A stretch of DNA of 63,093 bases, the filler included, from Octopus bimaculoides (lineage: Eukaryota), in NCBI RefSeq assembly GCF_001194135.2. It is 3 parts of 2 records of this genome, joined end to end, with 100 filler letters (N's around TTAATTAATTAA, not from the genome) between each part and the next. Parts side by side here need not be neighbours in the genome. Positions count along the whole stretch, not along the records: positions 41,190 to 63,093 come from NC_068982.1; 2 more parts are not named here. One strand, 5' to 3'. Below, in pieces: positions 50,390 to 63,093 of this stretch. Positions within the stretch are counted from its first letter, which is position 1. The number at the start of each line of letters is the position of its first letter. A model generated the notes under the pieces. The model saw nothing but the letters and a program-made list of their open reading frames with translations. It was not told the DNA's origin and ran no database searches. Made by a program: the position numbers and the translations under genes.

Positions 50390-51365
50390 NNNNNNNNNNN
50401 NNNNNNNNNNNNNNNNNNNNNNNNNNNNNNNNNNNNNNNNNNNNNNNNNNNNNNNNNNNNNNNNNNNNNNNNNNNNNNNNNNNNNNNNNNNNNNNNNNNN
50501 NNNNNNNNNNNNNNNNNNNNNNNNNNNNNNNNNNNNNNNNNNNNNNNNNNNNNNNNNNNNNNNNNNNNNNNNNNNNNNNNNNNNNNNNNNNNNNNNNNNN
50601 NNNNNNNNNNNNNNNNNNNNNNNNNNNNNNNNNNNNNNNNNNNNNNNNNNNNNNNNNNNNNNNNNNNNNNNNNNNNNNNNNNNNNNNNNNNNNNNNNNNN
50701 NNNNNNNNNNNNNNNNNNNNNNNNNNNNNNNNNNNNNNNNNNNNNNNNNNNNNNNNNNNNNNNNNNNNNNNNNNNNNNNNNNNNNNNNNNNNNNNNNNNN
50801 NNNNNNNNNNNNNNNNNNNNNNNNNNNNNNNNNNNNNNNNNNNNNNNNNNNNNNNNNNNNNNNNNNNNNNNNNNNNNNNNNNNNNNNNNNNNNNNNNNNN
50901 NNNNNNNNNNNNNNNNNNNNNNNNNNNNNNNNNNNNNNNNNNNNNNNNNNNNNNNNNNNNNNNNNNNNNNNNNNNNNNNNNNNNNNNNNNNNNNNNNNNN
51001 NNNNNNNNNNNNNNNNNNNNNNNNNNNNNNNNNNNNNNNNNNNNNNNNNNNNNNNNNNNNNNNNNNNNNNNNNNNNNNNNNNNNNNNNNNNNNNNNNNNN
51101 NNNNNNNNNNNNNNNNNNNNNNNNNNNNNNNNNNNNNNNNNNNNNNNNNNNNNNNNNNNNNNNNNNNNNNNNNNNNNNNNNNNNNNNNNNNNNNNNNNNN
51201 NNNNNNNNNNNNNNNNNNNNNNNNNNNNNNNNNNNNNNNNNNNNNNNNNNNNNNNNNNNNNNNNNNNNNNNNNNNNNNNNNNNNNNNNNNNNNNNNNNNN
51301 NNNNNNNNNNNNNNNNNNNNNNNNNNNNNNNNNNNNNNNNNNNNNNNNNNNNNNNNNNNNNNNNN

Positions 51366-51399
<34 letters not shown>

Positions 51400-52045
51400 G
51401 TATTTCAATGTTCTTTTGATATCCATTTGCTTCCTCTCAACTGTTTCTCTCTTACACACTCAAACATACATACATACATACATCCACATGTAGAACTCAT
51501 GTCTGAGAACCTTCTGACATACTTAGATTGTTGAGAAAATCGATAATACGTCCCCTGGAAGGGACCTTTATATCTACCTCATATTACACCTTAAGGTTGT
51601 TCTCAGGAAGATTCGGCGTGACACAGTGTAACAAGGCTGACCCTTCGAAATACAGATACTATTCATTTTTGCCATCAACGTGAGATAAAGGGTCTTGCTG
51701 AAGGACACAACACGTCGCCGGAAATTGAACAAACAATTCAAATAAACGAATAAAAACAAACGAATAACACGGACAATATGAGGACGTGCACAAGAAATGT
51801 ATTAGTTTGACGCTCGTTGAAAGGAGAGTTTGATGTTTCGAGCATAGCTCTTGGTCGCAAAAGAGAAAAGGAAAAGTCTCAAAAGAAAAAGAAGTTGCCA
51901 ACGTCACACATCTAGTTACATTGCTGAAGTGACTGGAAGTAGGGATATGTATATTCGCTTAGAACTCAATATACATATAATGTAGAACAACGTGTCTGTC
52001 ACGTCCAGAACAGATAGATATGCACACATAGTTATACATACATGC

Positions 52046-52105
<60 letters not shown>

Positions 52106-53095
52106 TTAACGAGTGGGAGAAATATACTCAATACTATAGTAGAGCAGATCAGCTTACATAAACTATGTGTGCATGCATGAATGTGTTTCTTTACATGTAT
52201 ATATAAATTTTCTTAGATCCGCATATTCTTTACTGTTTTATTTACGCGCATAAAAAATACTCATAACTATACACAATTATACACATATACTTACTCACAA
52301 ATATACAAACTTTTGTTCTCTTTTGGCTCATATTCTTTCCCCTCTCCGATTACAAACTAGACTAGAACTGTCGCCATTTCCCTACAGGCCAGTCGGAACA
52401 CGTTTCTTTTGGTTGAGGAACGCTAAAAAATACACTATGAAGAACCTTTGACCCTAATTAAAGACCGACAAAAAAGGAACAAAAATGGCGTCAACCAGAA
52501 GAGCTGTTTACTGCCATATTACAAGATTTATCGCTGACAATAGACTAAAACAAAAGCATATATATAAATAAAAATCATTAAGAACAATTACTGTTACAAC
52601 TAATAAAACTATGAGGAAAACAGTAACGAACAGTAGTACAATAAAACAAAAATTATATAGCAAAAGACAGAAAGCAAGAGACAGGAAACAAAAAGTGGGT
52701 AGTTGGTAGGTGTCGCCGAGGATATACAGAAGAAGCATTTTTAGCAGGATTATACTTTTATGGGACAGCTTATATTTGTTTTTGATTTTTGTTTTAATTT
52801 ATTTATTTCATCTATTTTTATGTATTTGTAATATGAGGTGCTTGAAAGCAAAGTGTATAGTTTCAGTCATAGAACATATTCTTTGTCATGTAATGAAAAT
52901 ATTAATGATTTCTATACTTGCCAAAGTGGCGATGGCTAAAAGAGTTAATACAGACTACAACATAAGTCGTGGGTTTACGCTGAATTGACAATGAAAAGAT
53001 AGGCAATGAAAAGACAGGCATGGAAAAGCGAGTCAAGAGATCTAGAGATCCAGGATTTTTCTTAGTACCAAACGATAAGTGCTTCTGTTGTGTCT

Positions 53096-53319
53096 GGGGA
53101 GAGTCATTTTCTTATTGTGCCTTAAAATTTAACACACTCACCGGTAAAATTTCCACTTATTTTTCTTTTTATTTTCCTAAAATTTTCGTTGCGTCTTGCA
53201 ACCTTATCAATAGTCTTGACTCTATCAATAGTCTTGACTCTATCAATAGTCTCGACTCTATCAATAGTCTCGACTCTATCAATAGTCAAGACTATTGATA
53301 CGGTTAGGGTTAGGGTTAG
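53096..53319. repeat. Unclassified element with 18-bp tandem repeats, a perfect hairpin and TTAGGG units
   Basis: TATCAATAGTCT(T/C)GACTC x4 (53205-53276), hairpin TATCAATAGTC-AA-GACTATTGATA (53277-53300), and GGTTAGGGTTAGGGTTAG (53302-53319). Confidence 0.8.
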
Positions 53320-53329
53320 AAATAAAGAA

Positions 53330-55194
53330 TTCCACGTTGAACGTTTATTCTATCCAACTTGATTAATATGGCTCGTTCGTCTTTGTACGGTATATTCACA
53401 ATAACAGTATGGAAGACAATGGTTAGGGTTAGGGTTAGAAATAAAGAATTCCACGTTGAACGTTTATTCTATCCAACTTGATTAATATGGCTCGTGCGTC
53501 TTTGTACGGTATATTCACAATAACAGTATGGAAGACAATTTTCTGTTTTGCGAATCTCTCCACTCTAAAACGACAGCAAAAGACATTTTCGTCAAACTTG
53601 ACAACTTCTTTCGTGCACATGACATCAATTGGGAGCACTGTATCAGTGTCTGCACTGACGGTGGTCCGGTTATGCTAGGTTGCCGCTCGAGTTTTCAAAC
53701 ACTTGTCAAACAAAAAGCCCCGAATGCTATCGGGACACATTGTACAATTCACCGACAAGCTCTTATGGCTAAGACTTTACCAGATACATTTAAAAATGTT
53801 ATGAATGGTGTTATTGCTGTAGTCAACTTCATTAAAGCTGGGGCACTAAATTCTCGTTTCTTCGCAGATTTATTCCGAGAATATGATGCCGATTTCGAAA
53901 CTCTTCTGTTGCCCTCTCGCGTAAAGTACGAGTTTTTTTTTTTTTTTTTCGCTTCGAAACAAAACAAATGAATTTATTCAGGACTCGGAGTCTTGTTTGC
54001 GAGCTAAATTTTGTGACACCCGATTTCTTATATGTCTGGCATTTTTGGTGGATATATTCGACTCTTTCAACACTCTTAACTTAACCCTGTAAGGAAAAGG
54101 CGTGACAGTACTTCACTGTCATGAAAAAATATCTGCTTTTAAAATGAAACTGAAACTATGGGCTTCAGAATTGCAGAGGAAAAACTTTGCACCTTTTCCT
54201 CAGCTTAATAAATTTATTAATGAAAACGAGTTCCTCGTCGATAATNNNNNNNNNNNNNNNNNNNNNNNNNCATGAACAATCCATTTTCTATATCTCTTGC
54301 TGATCTCCCTTCTAAGGACATAACTGTGCAGGAGCAGTTCATAGAATTGTTGAATGACGGGGCTGCAAAACAGATCTTTCGTGAAATGAGTTGTTGTGAC
54401 TTTTGGATTCAAATAGCACAACTTTATCCAGATATTTCAAAGAAGGCACTGAAATATCTGGTTCCCTTCACAACCACTTATGAGTGCGAGTTAACGTTTT
54501 TGACTCTTCAATCGATAAAAAGCAAACAACGAAACAGACCGGATGTTACACACGATATGAGGGTTGCTTTATCCAGAACCCAGCCAAATATAGACGAGTT
54601 GGTAAAGCTAAAGCAAATACAGCAGTCACATTAATCCTTCTATTGAACAGGTTTAATGATTTTTCTTTTATACATCTATCAAAAAATATCCTGTTTTCTA
54701 TCGGTTTTCGGCAAATATATATGCGAATCAAGGAAAGAATCAGAGAAAATAAACAAAGAATTAAGCGCTACGTCAATGCCGATGGTCCCTTTCTTATACC
54801 GGGCCTTACTCGCCACCGAACTTAATATTTGGGAAAATGGGTTTGAAAGCATGAATTACTAATGAATAATTAAAGTTTGGTACAGTTAACTGTAGCCCTA
54901 CTTCATAGCCTAAAAAAGAAACAAAATGTTAATTTTTTCATAACATTTTGCCAACATCTGGTGTCATGTTAGTGTCATTATTGTTATTTTATGCTTACAT
55001 CTAACATTTATATTTGATGGCATTATTGAGGCTTTGTGCATTCAACTACTTAAACCCAATAGTAGTATAATCGTGAAAAGTTTGCATTTGATTAATCTCT
55101 TATTCCTGCCAAAATAGGCCGGGGACCGCGAGGCTTCCAAAAATTGGTCAGGGGACCGCGAAGCAAAGATTTTGAAAAAGGTTGAGAACCACTG
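53330..55194 (+). mobile_element. hAT Buster/Charlie-type (ZBED5-like) transposon, 5'-truncated, 3' TIR intact
   Basis: YSIQLD, EDNFLFCESL..ISVCTDGGPVMLG..THCTIHRQALMAKTLP..NSRFFADL, and C-terminal PFTTTYECELTF..KSKQRNR..SH*. Ends GGTTGAGAACCACTG with subterminal GGGGACCGCG repeats. Confidence 0.93.
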
Positions 55195-55486
55195 TACTAG
55201 ATAATCAAATACACTATAAATTTCATTGCAATAACATATACTTACAAAATTACTATACAAAAATAAGCTTTCAATAGTGCGCAGGCAGGCGCGCGCGCAC
55301 ACATACACTTTTATACACACAGCCACATGTACATACGTATATATACATACATAAGAATAAGCTATTTATGTTTAATAAGCTGTGACCTTTGTAGACACAC
55401 AAAGGAAATTAATGCTTTGCTTTAAATAGGATACAATCGTAGTAAATATCTAAATATAACCACTCGCACTTGCACATGTATATATA

Positions 55487-56859
55487 CAGTGGGGGGAAAT
55501 AAATATTCATATATGACAAAATTCTTTATTTATTTAATTTCTAATGAACATAAATGGGATACACCAATACTATATTTGCAGACACATGCATTAACTAAGA
55601 ATATGCAAAAGAAACTAATAAATTATAGTAACTAATGAATTTATATACAATTATAAATATTTAGGGATGAAAAAAGTATTCGTACAGAATAAATTTATGA
55701 GTTTCTATGCCACAATTTTTTTTTTTACTAAAACTTTCTTGTTTGTTCCAATAATCATATCAGTGGCCATTTTTAAGTGTCAAAACCCTAGCTTCTTCAT
55801 TCAGCACTGAAACAACATAAAGTAGTGTCGTAATAATGGCGAAAAGTAAAAAAACTCGCAAATTCAGTGAAATACTTTATTATTGAACAGTGGAAATCAA
55901 GTAAAAGTTACAGGAAAATATCAGAGACCCTTTGTATTCTATTTTCTACCATATCTTCATTTATTCAAAGATATAAAAAATCGGGAACTGTTGAAAATAG
56001 AATAAGATCCGGTGCACCACGCAAGATTTCTGCTAGATCTTTAAGAAAAATGAAGCGAAGAATCGAAAAAAACGCAATGATCACCAGAAAGGAGTTGCAA
56101 GAAGATTTGTTAGCTTCAGGGACTAGTGATACACTACGAAAAATCAGCAATGAACTTCATAGGAATGAACTGAAGTCATATTCTCCTAGAAAAACTCCAC
56201 TGTTGACTAAAAGGCATAGAGATGCCCGTTCAAAATTTGTTTATGAACATAAAGATAAATCTGATACATTCTGGGAAAATGTTCTATGGACAGACGAGTC
56301 GAAAATTGAATTGTTCGGACGAAATTCGCGTAGCCATGTTTGGAGGAAAGATGGTACCGCCTATTCGCCGAAAAACACAACTCCTACTGTAAAGTTTGGA
56401 GGTGGCAACATCATGGTATGGGGGTGTTTCTCTGCAAATAGCACTGGCAATTTACATGTGATAGATGGTAGAATGAATGCAGAGATGTACCAAAATATTT
56501 TGAACAATAATTTATAGGACTCTGTAGAAAAGCTCCAGCTTTGTCAAGGGTGGGTTTTACAACAGGATAACGACCCTAAGCACACGGCGAAGTCTACCAA
56601 AAAATGGATTGTCAATCACAATATAAAATTATTAGAATGGCCAAGCCAGTCACCTGACTCGAACGCCATTGAAAATTTGTGGCGTTATTTGAAAATTAAA
56701 ATTCATTCAAGAGCCCCAACGTGCATTCCAGATTTGAAGAAAATTTGTCAAGAAGAATGGGAAAAAATCCCTAAAGAAACATTCGAGTCATTGATTAAGA
56801 ACTACAAGAAGAGATTGGTTGAAGTGGAACTGAATAATGGTTATGCTACGAAGTATTAA
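55487..56859 (+). mobile_element. Tc1 (DD34E) element; transposase ~55836-56859 with one frameshift and one nonsense codon
   Basis: TA|CAGTGGGGGGAAATAAATATT left TIR; GAPRKI, WENVLWTDESKIELFG, GGGNIMVWGCFS, QQDNDPKHTA, WPSQSPDSNAIENLW; 34 residues between the second D and E. The right end lies in a gap. Confidence 0.95.
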
Positions 56860-57518
56860 ANNNNNNNNNNNNNNNNNNNNNNNNNNNNNNNNNNNNNNNN
56901 NNNNNNNNNNNNNNNNNNNNNNNNNNNNNNNNNNNNNNNNNNNNNNNNNNNNNNNNNNNNNNNNNNNNNNNNNNNNNNNNNNNNNNNNNNNNNNNNNNNN
57001 NNNNNNNNNNNNNNNNNNNNNNNNNNNNNNNNNNNNNNNNNNNNNNNNNNNNNNNNNNNNNNNNNNNNNNNNNNNNNNNNNNNNNNNNNNNNNNNNNNNN
57101 NNNNNNNNNNNNNNNNNNNNNNNNNNNNNNNNNNNNNNNNNNNNNNNNNNNNNNNNNNNNNNNNNNNNNNNNNNNNNNNNNNNNNNNNNNNNNNNNNNNN
57201 NNNNNNNNNNNNNNNNNNNNNNNNNNNNNNNNNNNNNNNNNNNNNNNNNNNNNNNNNNNNNNNNNNNNNNNNNNNNNNNNNNNNNNNNNNNNNNNNNNNN
57301 NNNNNNNNNNNNNNNNNNNNNNNNNNNNNNNNNNNNNNNNNNNNNNNNNNNNNNNNNNNNNNNNNNNNNNNNNNNNNNNNNNNNNNNNNNNNNNNNNNNN
57401 NNNNNNNNNNNNNNNNNNNNNNNNNNNNNNNNNNNNNNNNNNNNNNNNNNNNNNNNNNNNNNNNNNNNNNNNNNNNNNNNNNNNNNNNNNNNNNNNNNNN
57501 NNNNNNNNNNNNNNNATA

Positions 57519-58608
57519 TTGGGTCATCCCACAAAAATATGCAGGTTTTTTTATTCTTCTTTTATTTTAAAAATCTATGACAAAGTTCTTTTTTAATCTA
57601 AAATATACTCTCCTTCAATTTCTACATTGCTCTTCCATCTATCTGGTAGACTTACAAGGCCCCTCTTCCAAAAGTCACTTGTACGTGACGAAAAATACTC
57701 ATCCACTGCTGTTCTGACCTCGTCGACAGAATTCATATTTTCTTCCATCCAAATGATTTTGAAGGTTGCGGAATAAATGATAATCAGATGGGGCAATGTC
57801 CAGTGAATATGGTAGGTGGGGTATCGTTTCCTATTCAAACTGCTTGCAGTAGATCTCCTTTGTTATCGTTTGGTTTGGGTTTAAAATACCTTACGTGGGT
57901 GATGACCTTCTTTAACCTGAGGTGCCTGTGTTTCTCTTTTCCTTACCCACTGTATTCAGCGCTTCACATTTTTATAGAGAATCCATTTCTCGTTACCAGT
58001 CCAAAAAGGTTCATTCGTGAGACGTGACAGCAAAGAAGCGCACACATTCACTCTCCAAACGCGATTAGACTTGGAAAGTCTGTGAGGAACCCATTGACCC
58101 AATTTGCAGATTTTTCCGATGGCACGCTAGTCTCGATGAATGGTTGAAAGACCAAGCTTCTCAGCTAGTTTCTCAACAGTTACGATGGGATTTTGTTCCA
58201 CCAGTGTTTACAGGACCTCCTCGTCGAGCTCTACCGTTCTTTCAGAACGAGGCTCGTCTTGTAGGCTGCAGTTTCCGGTTCGGAATTTCTGGAACCACCG
58301 ATGACACCGGCTTGTTGTCCGATCCCCATATACTGCATTAATATTACTTGCATCTTCTGTTGCGTTACTGCCTTTATTGAACTCATAAAGCAAAATATGC
58401 CAAATATGCTCCTTTGTCACTTCTATTATTACTTTGAAAAAATAACTGTTAAAATCGAATTGCATTCTTCAAAACTTGCACTAAGAATAAGTACAAAGTA
58501 AAATTACTAATTGGTTTTATAGCAAGTTGATGCAGGTAGTTTATCCCATCCCCCTCTAACTTTTAGTTCATGCACTTAAAAATTCGAATTATTTACGGGA
58601 TGACCCAT
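57519..58608 (-). mobile_element. Mariner element of the same family as 30138-31421, with internal deletions
   Basis: TIRs TTGGGTCATCCC / GGGATGACCCA; EVTKEHIWHILLYEFNKG, and SVDEVRTAVDEYFSSRTSDFWKRGLVSLPDRWK. Confidence 0.93.
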
Positions 58609-61600
58609 ATATATATATATATANNNNNNNNNNNNNNNNNNNNNNNNNNNNNNNNNNNNNNNNNNNNNNNNNNNNNNNNNNNNNNNNNNNNNNNNNNNNN
58701 NNNNNNNNNNNNNNNNNNNNNNNNNNNNNNNNNNNNNNNNNNNNNNNNNNNNNNNNNNNNNNNNNNNNNNNNNNNNNNNNNNNNNNNNNNNNNNNNNNNN
58801 NNNNNNNNNNNNNNNNNNNNNNNNNNNNNNNNNNNNNNNNNNNNNNNNNNNNNNNNNNNNNNNNNNNNNNNNNNNNNNNNNNNNNNNNNNNNNNNNNNNN
58901 NNNNNNNNNNNNNNNNNNNNNNNNNNNNNNNNNNNNNNNNNNNNNNNNNNNNNNNNNNNNNNNNNNNNNNNNNNNNNNNNNNNNNNNNNNNNNNNNNNNN
59001 NNNNNNNNNNNNNNNNNNNNNNNNNNNNNNNNNNNNNNNNNNNNNNNNNNNNNNNNNNNNNNNNNNNNNNNNNNNNNNNNNNNNNNNNNNNNNNNNNNNN
59101 NNNNNNNNNNNNNNNNNNNNNNNNNNNNNNNNNNNNNNNNNNNNNNNNNNNNNNNNNNNNNNNNNNNNNNNNNNNNNNNNNNNNNNNNNNNNNNNNNNNN
59201 NNNNNNNNNNNNNNNNNNNNNNNNNNNNNNNNNNNNNNNNNNNNNNNNNNNNNNNNNNNNNNNNNNNNNNNNNNNNNNNNNNNNNNNNNNNNNNNNNNNN
59301 NNTGTGTGTGTGTGTGTATATGTATGTGTGTGTATGTATGTATGTATGTATGTATGTATGTATGTATGTGTGTGTGTGTGTATACAAAAAGACGGATTCG
59401 TATTTCGTGAAAAGCAAGCTACTCATCGATGCTTAGAGAATCTACATGGTACCGCAAAACTAAATGTAAATTATAAACAATTTCAATTGGTTAAGCCATT
59501 TAAACTTTGACGGTTCCCGGTGTCTATAAACCTAAACACACTTTGTTTATCGACTCCCGAAGTTTGCAAATAAACAGAATTGATCTCGTCGGGATTTGAA
59601 ATGCAAGACCAAAATAAACATCTTTAAGTTTCTTCGTTAGAAACATCAAACTGCTCTATCAATTCGCTTTCTGGTTGGTGTTGCATGCAGCCTGCTATTC
59701 TTCTGTTCTTATAGCTGATATTTATTTGGTGTGTGTTGTGTCTGTAGTTAAGAATGTTAGTCTTATTAATGATGTTGTGTGTTGTGTTTTCACTGTCATA
59801 ATAGCTACTTCTGATAATATCGTCGATGACATCGTTGTCTTCATTCTTATTGTTGTTATAGCCACTGTTATAGCTGTCACTGTTGATGTGCTCGCTCATG
59901 TTGATGTACTTTTTGCTGTCTTTTTCTGTTATTGTGTAACTATTTGTTTCTTATAGCATCAGGTGACTTGGGAAGAAAGAAAACAACTGTGGATGTATTG
60001 TATAAGCATTGAAGCTAACCTAGAGTTACCATAAATTAAAGTAAATATTCAAACAATCTACTTTTTCATGTATTGTTTTCTTTCTGTCACAGTTTTCGCA
60101 GATACTCACAGATGTGTAGAGGTGGTGGTTTTGGATGATGTCTGCTATTTTGTAACACGCCCACAGTTTTTAAAACGAGTGCGGGAATATGACTGTGTGT
60201 GACCATATGCATTATATTAACGTAATTGTGAGTGTGTATGCATGTGTGTAATAGTATGTAATTGATATTTATGGATGCATGTCAAATATTCTGAAATGTT
60301 TGCTATATGTACGCATGCACAGACGGAAACGTGTGAATCCACGTGTTTAAAATACACAGACTCACGCATATGCATACAGTATATCTGTACGTAAGCATAT
60401 GGAAGTGTGTGGATTTGTGTGTATGCGAGTAAGTATGGGAGATAAGTATAATGTGTGTAAGTAGCCCATGATATATTTAAACACGGTATATACATTTTCA
60501 AAGAGTGAACTTGGTGTTTCAAAAAGGCTTTTGAGAATTGATATGGAAATGCGAAAGGAACAGAAGGGCCATATTCCAAACTGTGTGTAAGTTTCAAATA
60601 ATTCAAATTAATTAAGCCAGACAATAAAATAAACTAATTGAAAGCCCAACAATAAGATAAACTACTCGGGAACCTGACTGAAATATACCATTACAACACG
60701 GTTGGTGTGTTTTCTACACAATTTTTTCTGACAATATTTAAATATTCTTTGAAGCAAATCACTATTTTTCCTTTTCACCTTTTTTGAAACCGGAGAGAGG
60801 TTTCCTCCCAGCTATAAATATAAAGTTTGTGCAATAAAGTTTAACGGGCCATGCATAAACAACGAAGACCACTGTCGAAAAATATGTGCTCAGAAATTAA
60901 ATGGATTTATATCATGATAGATCAAAAGTATGGAACCGATATATATTTTAAAGTTGGAATACTGAGTTCTGATATTGTGAATAAGTTTTTAAGTTTCCTA
61001 CATAAAATAATTATCAATAGAAGGGTAGATTCTTTTGGAAAAGAAGTCTATATTTGACGCGTTCAGTTTGTATACGTCAAAATATGTTTAGCTGATTATT
61101 TAAGCGTTACATGTCTACAGGATCAGTTCACAAGGCAATCAGTTACAACAACAACAACAAACTACTTTTAGTATCAGAAATACATGCAATACTAATTAAT
61201 CATAAGAAGTAAAAATTTCATAAATCTCATACTTAAAGGACATAAAAAAATTTAGTTTCTTGTGTAATCATACATTGCAGGAGACTTTTCCATATATTTC
61301 ATTGGCGAATTTGATTTTTGCATGTGAGGAAAAGAAACGCTGTAGTTTATACGTGAATTCTGTCCTCTAATACTACTCCTGGTACAAATTTGCAGCTAAC
61401 GCGAACTAAGCAACAGAGAGTAAAAATAGTTGGACAAAAGCACGACAACCACATCGAAGTTGGGATATGAAATGACAAATCTCCAACTCCTCGGAAGGTG
61501 GAGATACTTTCTCTGTTTGTCCAAGTGCAACTAACTGAGGCGTATTACATTAGAAGCACAGTAACCCCTACACCCAATTTTTGTTGGTAACGAAGACTAT

Positions 61601-62764
61601 ATATTAGTTTTATTTTTTCTGATTATATTTTACATTGAACGATAAGCAATCTCAAGTTAACGAAATATACGAAGTCACTCCTCAGGTCTGACTTTCTAAG
61701 TGGCCGGACAAGAGGAGATTCGTTGGGCCAGGTTAGTGGCATTTTTCAATTCAAACCAAGATGTTTTAACGATTGTCCTCAGTTTTTTTGCTTAGTTCAT
61801 TTTTGTTGTATTTGCTGTTTTTACATCGAGTAGAAAAGAATGTTCGCCTCTTTTCAAATATTCATGTATCCACCTGTTGAATCGAAAGCATCTTGCTCGG
61901 GATGCAAAAATTGATCGTATTTTAGTCATTAATGAAACGGTTAAACTTCTACATTTGCTTTTGACTTACTTTCCTTTGCTGAGTATTACCATTTACTGCA
62001 TAACCTATGTATTTGATGGGAATTTTATTCTATTTCTTCTGATTATTGTCTGCTGTAAATATGAATCTGTGGGGTTTTCATGTTGAGTTTGCTTATTGAG
62101 GATATAAATCTATGAGTGAGTTTATGATGTTCATTTTCACACCACTTGTCAATCACTGTGCGGTTCCCTTGTGATGTACCTCATTAGCACTGCCATTTTG
62201 GCAGAGACCTTCGAAAAACACATGTGATATTTTACATTTTAGTTTCAGTTGTTAAATAGCGAATATTCGTAATTTAATATTGGGGTCAGCTTTGCATGGA
62301 ATGGATGGGTAGTAAAAACAATTTCTTAATCAGCAACAATCGTTTAAAAATAATGCTGTTTCATTTTACCACGCGGTTCCTATCCCAAATGACCTTTAAA
62401 TTTAATCGTGTTGCTAAATTCGTGACTTAACTTAAATTAAAATCCTCCGATCTCTACTCACTTGGAGAGAGCCCGAACAACAGAAAAGAAAGGATAGATA
62501 AGGCAGAGACGAGATGAAAACGACTTCTTATCTAGTAATTAGAAGCACTGCAATAGAAGATAAGATACCTTCTTAAATATGATTTAGAATCCCCCTTCCA
62601 AGCGTACACTCTCCGTGTCTCTTTTACCACATGCTTATTCTGAACGTCCCTGTCTACATTTGTCCCTGACTCTAACTCTTTTTTTTTCTATCCACACTTT
62701 CTTACTTTCTCTCTCTTTTTCTCTTTCTCCTTTCACACATATATGCATGCATATATACACATAC

Positions 62765-62780
62765 ACTCAGCCCAACACAA

Positions 62781-62813
<33 letters not shown>

Positions 62814-62970
62814 TGTATGTATGTATGTATGTATGTATGTATCTATCTATCTATCTATCTATCTATCAATCTATTTATCTATCAATCTATTTATCTATAT
62901 ATACATAGACACTGACACACGCACAGACAGACAGACACACACATACGCATACACACACACACAAACACAT
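62765..62970. repeat. Compound (TATG)n-(TCTA)n-(CA)n microsatellite
   Basis: Direct observation. Confidence 0.95.
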
Positions 62971-63093
62971 ACGTGTGTGTGCGCGTATCTATTTCAGTCA
63001 TCAGACTGTGGCCATGGAGGGGCACCGGCTTGCAGAATTTAGCTGAACTGCTATGTTACGAGGACGTAAACCAACGCCGCTTGTCAAGCAATT

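Noticed and set aside
50284-51459. Longest ORFs in the track (250-390 aa; also 37910-38784, 56788-57580, 58570-59436)
   Set aside because: They read through N gaps; the X runs are assembly artefacts.
52480-52550. AAAATGGCG (YY1-like or start codon) promoter candidate
   Set aside because: A single motif with a 17-codon ORF, no clear CpG island and no linked exon.
53302-53438. True telomere
   Set aside because: Only about three units, twice, and internal to the scaffold.
59624-59956. Overlapping N/D-rich (-) and V/I-rich (+) ORFs
   Set aside because: A decayed trinucleotide-like low-complexity tract lacks stops by composition; no domain or splice support.

Overview
AT-rich animal genomic DNA, almost certainly from an octopod cephalopod. 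This is inferred from the SINE/RTE repertoire and the extreme density of (TATG)n, (CA)n and (GA)n microsatellites. About 10% of the window is N gaps. It holds no prokaryotic-type system, CRISPR array or rRNA. The only host-gene sequence I can support is one 70-nt coding exon of casein kinase I gamma (22439-22508, +). That exon lies in a 26.6-kb, visibly CpG-depleted segment (14455-41089) bounded exactly by two artificial 100-bp scaffold linkers (N44-TTAATTAATTAA-N44), so the window is probably three separately assembled pieces. The rest is decayed transposable elements: RTE, R4/Dong-like, Penelope, CR1-like and I-group LINEs; hAT/Buster, mariner, Tc1 and Chapaev3-like DNA transposons; Helitron-like elements; MITEs and several SINE families. 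The most interesting observations are an RLE-type (R4/Dong-like) retroelement inside a (TATG)n array, suggesting microsatellite targeting; a near-identical copy of ~1.1-1.3 kb of intron DNA inserted in the middle of a SINE 14 kb downstream; inverted RTE copies flanking the CK1-gamma exon; and a (TTAGGG)-bearing repeat element fused to a hAT transposase. I see no convincing wholly new biological system. Family assignments come from motif recognition by eye, with no database search.
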